A stretch of DNA of 64,000 bases from Telmatospirillum sp. (GCA_020248985.1 JADCGL010000013.1:144654-208653); one strand, 5' to 3'; positions 46,223-55,438 are shown, counted from the first letter of the stretch. Made by a program: numbers and translations. Notes: a model not told the origin generated them from the sequence alone.

Positions 46223-46729
46223 ATGAACGTCCATTCCCCGAAATCGGCGCCGTCCGACAATCCGAATATTCTGAGCCTCAAGCACATGGCCTTTGCCGTG
46301 AAGGATGCGGACGCGGCGCTCAAATCCTACGCGCGCTTCCTGTGCGTGCCCGGCGACACGAAAATCATGGAATACGCCAAGTCGCGCAATCGCGTGGCGC
46401 TGTTCAATCTCGGCGGCGTCGAGTACCAGCTCTGCCAGTCGATGGATCCGGGCGGCCGGTTCGATGCGTGGATCAAGGCGCGCGGCGGCGAGGGGCTCCA
46501 CCATATCTGCTACGCGGTCGACGACATCAACAAGGCGCTGGCGCACGCGCAGGCTAACGGCGCGCAGCTGCGCGGCTGCAAGGGCTGCGGCGGCGTGATG
46601 GGCTCGCACCCGCATCCGGAAGGCTACGTGGCGTTCCTCGACAACGATGCGGGCGGGATTGAAATCGAGTTCATGCAAGTCTACACGCCCGAAGAGCTCA
46701 AGCAGTACGAAGCGGTGAAGGGAATCTGA
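46223..46729 (+). CDS. VOC family protein (glyoxalase/bleomycin-resistance/epimerase-like)
   Basis: 168 aa, start MNVHSP with GAGGAG RBS, two βαβββ modules. Confidence 0.65.
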   Translation: MNVHSPKSAPSDNPNILSLKHMAFAVKDADAALKSYARFLCVPGDTKIMEYAKSRNRVALFNLGGVEYQLCQSMDPGGRFDAWIKARGGEGLHHICYAVDDINKALAHAQANGAQLRGCKGCGGVMGSHPHPEGYVAFLDNDAGGIEIEFMQVYTPEELKQYEAVKGI

Positions 46730-46734
46730 TCGCC

Positions 46735-47745
46735 ATGGCAAAGAAAGCGACAAAAGCAGCGGCTTCCGCCGTGACCGTCGGCACGGCGACCGCCGCTCCG
46801 GGTACGCGTGCGTTCGGCGCGATCCAAGTGACCAAACTCGGCGGCGGATCGCCCGTCGAGATTCCGGTCGTCGTGATCAACGGCGCCAAGCCCGGCAAGA
46901 AGCTGTGGATCGACGGCGCGATCCACGGCGACGAGCCGGAAGGCGCCTTGTGCTGCCACCACCTGCTGGCCGAGGTCGATCCCAAGAAACTCGCCGGCAC
47001 GCTCGTGCTGGTGCCGGTGCTAAACGTTGCGGCTTTCGAGGCCGCGTCGCGCGGCAACCCGCTCGACTTGTTCAGCTACGACGCCAACCGCATTTATCCG
47101 GGGCGGCCGAACGGCTATCTGACCGAGCGCGTCGTGAACGCCCATTCGACATGGCTTGCCAAGATCGCCGATCTCGAAGTGTCGATCCATTCGGGCGGCG
47201 CGCACTCGTTCCTCGCGCCGTCGATGTTCATCGACGAGCGGCCGGAATCGGTCGAGCTCGGCACGGCATTGGGGCCGGGCTGGGGCTGCATCATGTCGTC
47301 GCCCAATCCCAAGGGCAATCCGATGGCGTTCATGGCCGAGCACGGCAAGGTCGGCATCACGGTCGAATACGGGGGGCGCTCGGCGACGTCGCCGGCCGAT
47401 TTTGCCGCCGTCGGGCGCAAGCTTGCCGACGCGATGCTTAACGTGATGCGACACTACAAGATGATCGCGGGCGAAGCGAGCTACGACCGTAATCGTACCA
47501 AGGGCTCGCAGGAAGCGTTGCTTGCACCCGTCTCCGGCATGTATCTGCCGGAACCCGACATCGCGTTCCTAAAGCCGATGAAAAAGGGCACGCGGATCGC
47601 GCGCATCGTCGACTATTTCGGCCGCCCACTTGCCGAGCTCACGGCGCCTGCCGACGGCATGATCTTCGGTCTGCGCGCGCTTGCGAGCGTTCAAACCGGC
47701 GACTGGTGCTGCTTCTTCAACAAGGTGCAGGGACCGCGTACGTAA
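46735..47745 (+). CDS. succinylglutamate desuccinylase/aspartoacylase (AstE/AspA) family zinc deacylase
   Basis: IDGAIHGDEPEG zinc-binding motif typical of the AstE/AspA/M14-like family. Confidence 0.7.
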   Translation: MAKKATKAAASAVTVGTATAAPGTRAFGAIQVTKLGGGSPVEIPVVVINGAKPGKKLWIDGAIHGDEPEGALCCHHLLAEVDPKKLAGTLVLVPVLNVAAFEAASRGNPLDLFSYDANRIYPGRPNGYLTERVVNAHSTWLAKIADLEVSIHSGGAHSFLAPSMFIDERPESVELGTALGPGWGCIMSSPNPKGNPMAFMAEHGKVGITVEYGGRSATSPADFAAVGRKLADAMLNVMRHYKMIAGEASYDRNRTKGSQEALLAPVSGMYLPEPDIAFLKPMKKGTRIARIVDYFGRPLAELTAPADGMIFGLRALASVQTGDWCCFFNKVQGPRT

Positions 47746-47768
47746 CGCCGACGCGAGGAGACAGGCGC

Positions 47769-48689
47769 ATGGGTAATTCGAGCGACCGCGATCTGATCGG
47801 CTATGGCGAGAATCCGCCGCATGCGGACTGGCCGGGCGGTGCGCGCATCGCGGTCAATTTCGTACTCAATGTCGAGGAGGGGGCCGAATACGCGGTCGGC
47901 GACGGCGACGGCCGTTCGGAGACGGCCTTGACCGAAATCGCGTCTCCGCGCGTCCCGATGGGCGAGCGCGATCTGGCGGCCGAGAGCATGTACGAATACG
48001 GTGCGCGCGCCGGCTTCTGGCGGCTCGCACGCCTGTTCCGCGATCGGTCCTTGCCGCTCACCGCCTTCGCCTGCGCGCTCGCCCTCGAGCGCAATCCGGA
48101 GATCGCCGCTGTGATAAGGCGGCAGGATTGGGACGTGTGCTGCCACGGCTATCGCTGGATCGAGCATTACCGCCTGTCGCGCGAAGAAGAGCAGGCGCAG
48201 ATCGCCAAGGCCGTCGCCTCGCTCGAACAGTCGCTCGGGCAGCGGCCGTTCGGCTGGTATTCGCGCTACGCGCCGAGCGTGAACACGCGCGCCCTGCTCG
48301 CCGAAGAGGGCGGTTTCGTCTACGATTCGGACTCGTATGCCGACGATCTGCCCTATTGGGTGAAGACCGGCGAGCGCGACCATCTGGTGATCCCGTATTC
48401 GCTCGTCACTAACGACGCGAAGCTCGTCAACGCCTTTACCGCGGCCGACACGTTCTTCCACATGCTGCGCGACGCGTTCGACACGCTTTATGCCGAAGGG
48501 CAGGAGCGTCCGAAAATGATGAGTGTGGGCATGCATCCGCGCATTCTCGGCCATCCCGCGCGCACGGCCGGGCTCGTGCGCTTTCTCGACCATGTGCAGG
48601 CGAAGGAAGGCGTGTGGATCTGCCGGCGCATCGACATCGCGCGGCATTGGACCAAACGCTTCGGCCGCGTCGCCTCGAAGGCGGCGTGA
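47769..48689 (+). CDS. polysaccharide deacetylase family protein (PuuE/allantoinase-like)
   Basis: Start MGNSSDRD with GAGGAG RBS. Resembles PuuE-type ureide/cyclic-amide hydrolases; paralogue of 11093. Confidence 0.7.
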   Translation: MGNSSDRDLIGYGENPPHADWPGGARIAVNFVLNVEEGAEYAVGDGDGRSETALTEIASPRVPMGERDLAAESMYEYGARAGFWRLARLFRDRSLPLTAFACALALERNPEIAAVIRRQDWDVCCHGYRWIEHYRLSREEEQAQIAKAVASLEQSLGQRPFGWYSRYAPSVNTRALLAEEGGFVYDSDSYADDLPYWVKTGERDHLVIPYSLVTNDAKLVNAFTAADTFFHMLRDAFDTLYAEGQERPKMMSVGMHPRILGHPARTAGLVRFLDHVQAKEGVWICRRIDIARHWTKRFGRVASKAA

Positions 48690-48693
48690 CGCT

Positions 48694-49542
48694 TTACGCG
48701 ACCGGCACCAGGCGCGTGATACGGCTCGGCGTGCCTTCGGCGAGATAAAGCGTTCCGTCCGCCGCACCTGTGAGGCCGTGGCCACCGTTCAGAGCCGGTC
48801 GGCAGCGGCCGATGCGCGTGCCGTCCGGGGCGATGCAGGTCAGCGTCGGAATACCGTCGCTGACATACAAGCGCCCTTCGGCGTCGCCCCAAATCGCGGA
48901 TGGCCGGTTGAATCCGGTCCAAATCGCGACAAGGGCGCCTTCGGCATCGAAGACTTGCAGCCGGTTGTTTTCCCGGTCGGCAACGACGATGCGGCCGTCG
49001 TTGCACAGCCAAATTCCGTGCACGGTCAGGAACTGCCCGGGCCCCATTCCGACTTCGCCGAAGGTGCGGCGATGGGCGTAGTTGGGGCCGAACAGATGCA
49101 CGTAGCCGTTGGCGTAGCCGTCGGCGACCGCAATGGTGCCGTCGGCGCCGAATGCGATGTCGGTCGGATGGCTAAAGGGCTGTCCGGGGCCGTTGCGCGT
49201 GCCGAGACGCGCGAAGGGGCGGCCGTCGAGATCGAAGCCGACGATTTCGTGCGAGTCGCGGTCGACAACCCACAGCCGGCCCATCGGATCGGTGGTGATT
49301 TTATGGGCATCGGCGATTTCATCGGCGCCGAAGCTGCCCACCGCGACGCCGTCGGCCGACATCAGCCGGACCGGATCAACATGCGCTTCGCAGTAGGGAT
49401 CGGTGCGCGCCAGGATCGCCACGCGGCCGCGCCCGTCGATCGCGACGTCGGTCACTTTGCCGGGGGTGGTGGCAACGCCCCAAGGCCGGTCGATGCGGTA
49501 GCGCCGGTCGCCGAGCGCGACGATGAAAGGGGCGTGAATCAT
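48694..49542 (-). CDS. NHL-repeat / six-bladed beta-propeller protein
   Basis: Repeated GxxxGxxxxPxGIAxDxxGxLYVAD-type blades. Start MIHAPFIVALGD. Confidence 0.55.
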   Translation of the reverse strand: MIHAPFIVALGDRRYRIDRPWGVATTPGKVTDVAIDGRGRVAILARTDPYCEAHVDPVRLMSADGVAVGSFGADEIADAHKITTDPMGRLWVVDRDSHEIVGFDLDGRPFARLGTRNGPGQPFSHPTDIAFGADGTIAVADGYANGYVHLFGPNYAHRRTFGEVGMGPGQFLTVHGIWLCNDGRIVVADRENNRLQVFDAEGALVAIWTGFNRPSAIWGDAEGRLYVSDGIPTLTCIAPDGTRIGRCRPALNGGHGLTGAADGTLYLAEGTPSRITRLVPVA

Positions 49543-49603
49543 GTTTTCAGTGCCCCCGCGCGCGCGATTGCATGTCGAACTTCCTCCAAGAGGAACTGTC
49601 TGT

Positions 49604-49614
49604 TTGTAATACAA
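49604..49614. promoter_or_regulatory. palindromic operator/UAS candidate TTGTA-A-TACAA (extended GTTTGTA-A-TACAAAC)
   Basis: Second copy of the palindrome, ~150 bp upstream of the sigma-54 element at 49755. Confidence 0.45.
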
Positions 49615-49754
49615 ACGCGTCCGAAAATGAACTGTCGTTCGACGCCAAGCATCTGATTCGTCGCGTCGATTGTTAGAGTGCAAAAATTAAACAGTGCGTA
49701 TGTGTATTTTATAAAGGAGACAGCGCAGCAGGCGCGCGCAAAACCGCGCTTCCA

Positions 49755-49770
49755 TGGCACTTGTCTTGCA
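49755..49770 (+). promoter_or_regulatory. sigma-54 -24/-12 promoter (TGGCAC-N5-TTGCA, consensus-perfect)
   Basis: Perfect match with GG/GC 10 nt apart. AT-rich DNA lies upstream and the SBP ATG 100 nt downstream. Confidence 0.6.
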
Positions 49771-49869
49771 TGATAAATGTATACAATACCGAGTATCGTG
49801 TCGCCCTTGCGGCAATTTCGTCTTGCATTTCCGGCTCGCAAAAGCAGCAATTTCAGGAGGGACGGCCCT

Positions 49870-51456
49870 ATGACATGGCAGAAGAATTGGACACGTCTGA
49901 TGCGCGCGGGGCTCGCCTGCGCGACCTTGGCCGCTCTCCCGCTTTCGTTCGGCGGGTTGCTGTTGGCGACCGATGCGGCCGAGGCGCAGACGCCGACGCG
50001 CGGCGGGCGCTTGGTCGTGGCGCGCCCGGCCGACAGTTCGGTCTGGGATCCGAAATTCACCAACGACACGAACACAATTCAATCGCAGTACCAGATCTAC
50101 ACGACGCTGATCCAGAATTCGGAGGACGGGCTGCAATTGCGGCCGTCGCTGGCCGAGTCCTGGGAGTTGAGCCCGGACTCGCGCACCTTCACCTTCCGCT
50201 TGCGCGCGAATGCGAAATTCTGCGACGGCTCGCCGATTACGGCTGAAGACGTCAAATTCTCGTACGAGCGCGCGATGGAGCGCGACTCCCGCGTCACCTG
50301 GCAATTCCCGGCAAGCCCTGTAATCGAAACGCCGGACCCGCGCACGGTACGCATCACGCTCAATCGGCCGAACGTCGCGTTCGTGAGCTATCTCACGCTG
50401 TGGGGCAGCAGCGTGCTGTCCAAGGCCTATACCGAACGCGTCGGCGTTGAAGAGATGGGCCAGAAGCCGCTCGGCAGCGGGCCGTTCTGCCTCGCGCGCT
50501 GGAACAAGGGCCAAAGCGTGGTGCTGGCGCGCAATCCGCATTATTGGGATCCCGAGCGCCCCTATCTCGACGAAGTCGAACTGCGCGTGATGCCGGACGA
50601 AAACGCCGCCATGCTGCAGTTGCGCGCGGGCCAGATCGACGTGGCGCTCAGCGTGCCGCACAACCAGTTCCGTGCTCTCAGCGGCGCGTCAGGCATTGCG
50701 GTCAAGCGCACGAATCTCTACGCGAGCGCCTCGTTTGTGCCGAACGTTCGCGCGATTCCCGCCTTCCGCGACGTGCGCGTGCGTCAGGCCATGCTGGCGG
50801 CTCTCGATCGGCAGGCGATGGTCGAGGCCGTGCTGTTCGGCAACGGCCAACCCGTGCAGTCGCCGTTCTACGGTGCGGGCCTTTTGTTCCATACGACCGA
50901 TTTCGCCGTGCCCTACGATCTCGAGCGCGCCAAAAAGCTGATGGCCGAGAGCAGCTTTCCGCAGGGCTTTTCGGCGCGCGTGACGATTCCCAGCGGCGAC
51001 GATATGGCCAACCAGATGGCTGTGATCGTGGCCGACCAGTTGGCCCGCATCGGCATCCGTCTGCAGATCCAGCCGACCGAGCCAGGCACGATCCTGCAGA
51101 TGCGCGCGAGCGGCCAGTTCGAGATGTTCTACAAGCTTGGCTCGAACACCGTGATCGATCCGGCCATGAACATTCCGTTCGACTTCTGGTCGCGCGAGGA
51201 GGGCGGCACTGACTCCGCCTTCTCGGGCTATCGCAACGACGAACTCGTGCGGCTTTCGAAGGAAGCCGAGGGTGAGCAGGATCCCGCCAAGCGCACGGCA
51301 CTCTACCGCGAGTTCCAGCGCATCGCGATGGAAGAGGTGCCGCAGCTCTATCTGCTGCATCCGTCCGTCGTCTACGCCACGCGCAGCAATGTGCGCGGCT
51401 TCGAGCTCTATCCAACGCGGACCTTCCGCTTCTGGGATACGTGGAAGACCCGGTGA
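49870..51456 (+). CDS. ABC transporter substrate-binding protein, family 5
   Basis: Start MTWQKNWTRLMRAGLACATLAALPLSFGG (signal), RBS CAGGAGGGA. Confidence 0.85.
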   Translation: MTWQKNWTRLMRAGLACATLAALPLSFGGLLLATDAAEAQTPTRGGRLVVARPADSSVWDPKFTNDTNTIQSQYQIYTTLIQNSEDGLQLRPSLAESWELSPDSRTFTFRLRANAKFCDGSPITAEDVKFSYERAMERDSRVTWQFPASPVIETPDPRTVRITLNRPNVAFVSYLTLWGSSVLSKAYTERVGVEEMGQKPLGSGPFCLARWNKGQSVVLARNPHYWDPERPYLDEVELRVMPDENAAMLQLRAGQIDVALSVPHNQFRALSGASGIAVKRTNLYASASFVPNVRAIPAFRDVRVRQAMLAALDRQAMVEAVLFGNGQPVQSPFYGAGLLFHTTDFAVPYDLERAKKLMAESSFPQGFSARVTIPSGDDMANQMAVIVADQLARIGIRLQIQPTEPGTILQMRASGQFEMFYKLGSNTVIDPAMNIPFDFWSREEGGTDSAFSGYRNDELVRLSKEAEGEQDPAKRTALYREFQRIAMEEVPQLYLLHPSVVYATRSNVRGFELYPTRTFRFWDTWKTR

Positions 51457-51533
51457 AAAAAAGGCCTGCGACTTCGGCGTCTGCGCGACTTTCGCGTCGC
51501 GCGGACGCTGCGGCGCGTATCGGCTGAAACGCC

Positions 51534-52475
51534 GTGACTTTACCGACTCTCCTTGCCCGCCGTCTGGCCCAGCTTGTGCCGGTGCTGTTCGGCATCGTCG
51601 TTGTGGTTTTTCTGTTCGTGCGCCTGATTCCAGGCGACCCCGCGATCGTGATGCTCGGCGCCTACGCGACCGACCAGGGGCTTGCCGCCTTGCGCAACGA
51701 GCTCGGCCTCGATCTTCCGGTCTGGGAGCAGCTGGCGATCTTCTTCGGCAAAGTGCTGCAGGGAAACCTTGGGACCTCGCTGTTTTTCCGCCGTCCCGTG
51801 ATTGAAGTCGTCCTCGAGCGGCTTCCGGCGACGGCTGCACTCACGCTCTATGCCGTGGTGTTGTCGCTGCTGCTGTCGGTGCCGCTCGCCATTCTGTCCG
51901 CTTTGCGCGCGGGCAGTTTCGTCGATCAAGCCGTGCGCGGTGTCACCACGCTCGCACTCGCCATGCCGTATTTCTGGCTCGGCCTCAATTTGCTGATCGT
52001 CTTCGCCGTGCTGCTGCCGATTTTTCCGGTTGCGGGCTACGGCGAAAATCTCGGCGAGCATCTGTGGCATCTCTTTCTGCCCGCACTCACGATCGCGCTC
52101 CATTTGGGCCCCACCTTGATGCGTACGTTGCGCGCGACCATCATCGAGGTGCTGCAAGCGCCGCATGTCGAATTCGCGCGCACCAAGGGCTTGCCGCGTG
52201 GCAAGCTCATTCGCCGCCATGTGCTGCGCAACGGGCTGATGGCGACCGTGACGATCCTCGGCGTCAATATCGGCTGGCTCATGGGCGGCTCGGTCGTGAT
52301 CGAGTACGTGTTCAACATTCCGGGGCTCGGATCGCTGATCATCAGCTCGATCGACTCGCGCGACTATCCGGTGATCCAGGGCGTAGCTTTGGTCTTCGGC
52401 TTGCTCGTCATCCTTATCAATCTTGCGACCGATCTTGTCTACGGCGTGCTCGACCCGCGGGTGTCCTATGAGTGA
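51534..52475 (+). CDS. ABC transporter permease (DppB-like)
   Basis: GTG start; DppB-type. Confidence 0.8.
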   Translation: MTLPTLLARRLAQLVPVLFGIVVVVFLFVRLIPGDPAIVMLGAYATDQGLAALRNELGLDLPVWEQLAIFFGKVLQGNLGTSLFFRRPVIEVVLERLPATAALTLYAVVLSLLLSVPLAILSALRAGSFVDQAVRGVTTLALAMPYFWLGLNLLIVFAVLLPIFPVAGYGENLGEHLWHLFLPALTIALHLGPTLMRTLRATIIEVLQAPHVEFARTKGLPRGKLIRRHVLRNGLMATVTILGVNIGWLMGGSVVIEYVFNIPGLGSLIISSIDSRDYPVIQGVALVFGLLVILINLATDLVYGVLDPRVSYE

Positions 52476-53373
52476 GGCCGCCGCCGCAGCGAAGTCCGAG
52501 GCAGGTCCGCGGCCCGAGATCCTCGGCCCGCGCTTCGTGCCCAACGGGATCTTCGTGCGTCGCATCGGCCGCCATGGCGCCTTGCTGGCCGGCGGGGGCA
52601 TGCTTGTCGCCATTCTGCTGGCGAGCATTTTTGCGTCGTCGATTTCGCCCTACGACCCGATCGCGCAGAATCTGCGCAACACGCTGCAGCCCCCAGGCTG
52701 GGCGCATCCTTTCGGCACCGACAATTTCGGTCGCGACGTGTTCTCGCGGGTCTTGCACGCGGCGCGCGTCGATATCGCCATCGGATTTTTCTGCGTCCTG
52801 TTTCCGTGGATCATCGGCTCGGTCGTCGGCGGGCTCGCCGGATATTTGGGCGGCTTCGTCGATACGCTCGTGATGCGCACCGTGGACACGTTCACGGCGT
52901 TTCCGTTCCTCGTGATGGCGATCGGCGTCATCGCCGTGCTCGGGCCCGGTGTGACCAGCATGCTGATCGCACTCACTTTGAGCGGCTGGAGCATTTATGC
53001 GCGTATCGTGCGCGCCGAAGTGCTGGTCGCGCGCAAGAGCGACTATGTTCTGGCCGCGCGCGCGATGGGCTATTCCAACGCGCGCATCCTGCTGCGCCAT
53101 ATTTTGCCGAACGTTGTGACGCCGACGGTGATCTTCGCGGTCACCAGCATGGTGCTCGTGATCCTGTCGACCGTCACGCTGAGCTTCCTGGGGCTCGGTC
53201 TTGCTCCGCCGACCCCGACCTGGGGCACCATGATCGCGGAGGGGCGAAATTTCATCTTCATGGCGTGGTGGATGGTTACGTTGCCGGGGCTCGCCATCGT
53301 CGTCGTCGGACTCGCTTTGAGCCTTCTTGGTGACGGGCTTGCCGATCTTCTGCGCGGGCAGGGGTCGCGATGA
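52468..53373 (+). CDS. ABC transporter permease (DppC-like)
   Basis: Start MSEAAAAAKS overlapping the upstream stop by 8 nt. Confidence 0.8.
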   Translation: MSEAAAAAKSEAGPRPEILGPRFVPNGIFVRRIGRHGALLAGGGMLVAILLASIFASSISPYDPIAQNLRNTLQPPGWAHPFGTDNFGRDVFSRVLHAARVDIAIGFFCVLFPWIIGSVVGGLAGYLGGFVDTLVMRTVDTFTAFPFLVMAIGVIAVLGPGVTSMLIALTLSGWSIYARIVRAEVLVARKSDYVLAARAMGYSNARILLRHILPNVVTPTVIFAVTSMVLVILSTVTLSFLGLGLAPPTPTWGTMIAEGRNFIFMAWWMVTLPGLAIVVVGLALSLLGDGLADLLRGQGSR

Positions 53374-54395
53374 GCGCTTTGCTTTCCGTCCGCAATCTGC
53401 GTACGCGCATCCCGACGGCGCGCGGGCCCCTGACGGTCGTGGACGACGTGTCTTTCGCGCTCGAAGAAGGCGAATGTTTCGGCCTTGTCGGCGAAAGCGG
53501 ATCGGGCAAGAGCATGGTTTGCAAATCTATCCTGCGCTTGCCGCCGACGCAGTGCGCCATGACTTCCGGCAGCGTCGAATTTGCGGGCGAAGATTTGCTT
53601 GCAATGTCGGATCGCGATCTCAACCGCGTGTGCGGCCGGCAGATCTCGATGGTTGTGCAAGACGCGATCGCGGCCCTCAATCCGGTTCTGCCGGTGGGGC
53701 GCCAGATCGGTGAAGCCATGCTCGAGCACGGCATTGCGAGTTCCAGCGCCGATGCGCGGCAGCGCTCGATCGCGCTGATGCGCAAGGTGGGCATTCCGTC
53801 GCCCGAACGGCGCGTCGACGACTATCCCCACGAATTCAGCGGCGGCATGTGCCAGCGCGTGGTGATCGCCGCCGCCTTGGCCTGCGCGCCGCGCATCGTG
53901 CTGGCCGACGAGCCGACGACTGCCCTCGACGTGACGGTGCAGGACCAGATATTGAATCTGCTGCGCGCACTCCGCGCCGAGTTCAAGCTCGCGGTGGTAC
54001 TGGTTACGCACGACATGGGCGTGGTCGCCCAAAACTGCCAGCGCGTGGCGGTGATGTATTCCGGCCGCTTCGTCGAAGTGGCCGCGACGGAGGATCTGTT
54101 TCGCCAACCTTTGCATCCCTACACGGCGGGGCTCATGAATTGCGTGCCGGATATCGATGCGCATGCCGAGCGCACGCGGCTGTCGCCGATCCTCGGCGGT
54201 CCGCCGGATCCGGCCGATCCGCCGAGCGGCTGTCGTTTCCATCCGCGTTGTCCGCTGGCGACAGAGCAGTGCCGTACGGGCGAATTTCCGTTGCGCGAAG
54301 TGATGCCGGGCCGTTTTACGGCGTGCGTCCGGCACGCCGATCTGGCGGCAGCTGGCAATGTGTGGGCGCTTGCGTCGGCGGAGAGCTCCGCATGA
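53370..54395 (+). CDS. ABC transporter ATP-binding protein (DppD-like)
   Basis: [17 protein letters not shown]; ATGA overlap. Confidence 0.9.
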   Translation: MSALLSVRNLRTRIPTARGPLTVVDDVSFALEEGECFGLVGESGSGKSMVCKSILRLPPTQCAMTSGSVEFAGEDLLAMSDRDLNRVCGRQISMVVQDAIAALNPVLPVGRQIGEAMLEHGIASSSADARQRSIALMRKVGIPSPERRVDDYPHEFSGGMCQRVVIAAALACAPRIVLADEPTTALDVTVQDQILNLLRALRAEFKLAVVLVTHDMGVVAQNCQRVAVMYSGRFVEVAATEDLFRQPLHPYTAGLMNCVPDIDAHAERTRLSPILGGPPDPADPPSGCRFHPRCPLATEQCRTGEFPLREVMPGRFTACVRHADLAAAGNVWALASAESSA

Positions 54396-55423
54396 CGATT
54401 GAGGCGGCTCCCCTTCTGGAAGTCAAAAATCTCTCGAAAACCTACGCAGGCCGCGGCGCGTTTTTGCGCAGCCTCATGGGCCGGGCAGGGCCGCCCTTGC
54501 GCGCAGTCGATCAGGTCTCGCTCGAGATCCGGCCGCGCGAGATCGTGAGTCTTGTGGGCGAGTCCGGGTCCGGCAAGACCACGCTCGGCCGCGCCATTCT
54601 GCGGCTCGTGGAGCCTTCGGACGGCGAGATTCGCTTTCGCGGCCTGGATGTGCGCGCACTCTCGCAAAAGCGCCTGCGCGCCACGCGGCGCGACATGCAG
54701 ATGGTCTTCCAGGATCCGTATTCGTCGTTGAACCCGCGCATGACGGTCCGCGCGACACTGGAAGAAGCGCTGCGCGTGCATCGCATGCGGCCGGCGGACC
54801 AGATCGCGCGGCGCGTGGACGAACTGCTCGAGATCGTCGGCCTCAATCCCGCCCATGCCGGACGGTTGCCGCGCGATTTCAGCGGCGGGCAGCGCCAGCG
54901 TATCGGCATTGCGCGCGCACTCTCGGTTGAGCCCGCTTTCATCGTGGCCGACGAGCCGGTCTCGGCGGTGGACGTTTCGGTCCAAGCGCAGATCATGAAC
55001 CTGCTGCTCGATCTGCGCGACCGCTTCGATCTCACGATGCTGTTCATAGCGCACGATCTCAGCGTCGTGCGCTATGTGAGCGACCGCGTCGCGGTCATGT
55101 ATCTCGGCCGCATCGTCGAGTACGCGAAGCAGGCCGACATCTTCGCGCGGCCGCGCCATCCCTATACGCAAGGGCTGCTGCGCGCCGCCCCGCGCGCCGA
55201 CCCGTTGCACCGCTCGACGACGGTTGCGATCGCGGGCGAACCGCCCTCGGCTTTGAACCCGCCCTCCGGCTGCCATTTCCACACGCGCTGCCCGATCGCG
55301 ACGGATTTGTGCCGCCAAACGCGCCCGCTGCTTGCGGCGGCTGCATCCGAACATCTTGTCGCCTGCCACCATGCGGACCATGCTGTCGCCAATTGGGGCG
55401 CCAGTGCAGCCGCCAACCCCTGA
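54392..55423 (+). CDS. ABC transporter ATP-binding protein (DppF-like)
   Basis: Start MTIEAAPLLEVKNLSKTY, ATGA overlap. GESGSGKTT, FSGGQRQR. Confidence 0.9.
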   Translation: MTIEAAPLLEVKNLSKTYAGRGAFLRSLMGRAGPPLRAVDQVSLEIRPREIVSLVGESGSGKTTLGRAILRLVEPSDGEIRFRGLDVRALSQKRLRATRRDMQMVFQDPYSSLNPRMTVRATLEEALRVHRMRPADQIARRVDELLEIVGLNPAHAGRLPRDFSGGQRQRIGIARALSVEPAFIVADEPVSAVDVSVQAQIMNLLLDLRDRFDLTMLFIAHDLSVVRYVSDRVAVMYLGRIVEYAKQADIFARPRHPYTQGLLRAAPRADPLHRSTTVAIAGEPPSALNPPSGCHFHTRCPIATDLCRQTRPLLAAAASEHLVACHHADHAVANWGASAAANP

Positions 55424-55438
55424 CACGGAGGAAAACCC

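Noticed and set aside
25354-47745. Ectoine catabolism (DoeA-like M24 + DoeB-like AstE/AspA deacylase)
   Set aside because: The genes are in different operons. No DoeC/DoeD or Ehu/Ueh transporter is present, and the M24 enzyme is larger than DoeA. Kept only as one possible substrate class.
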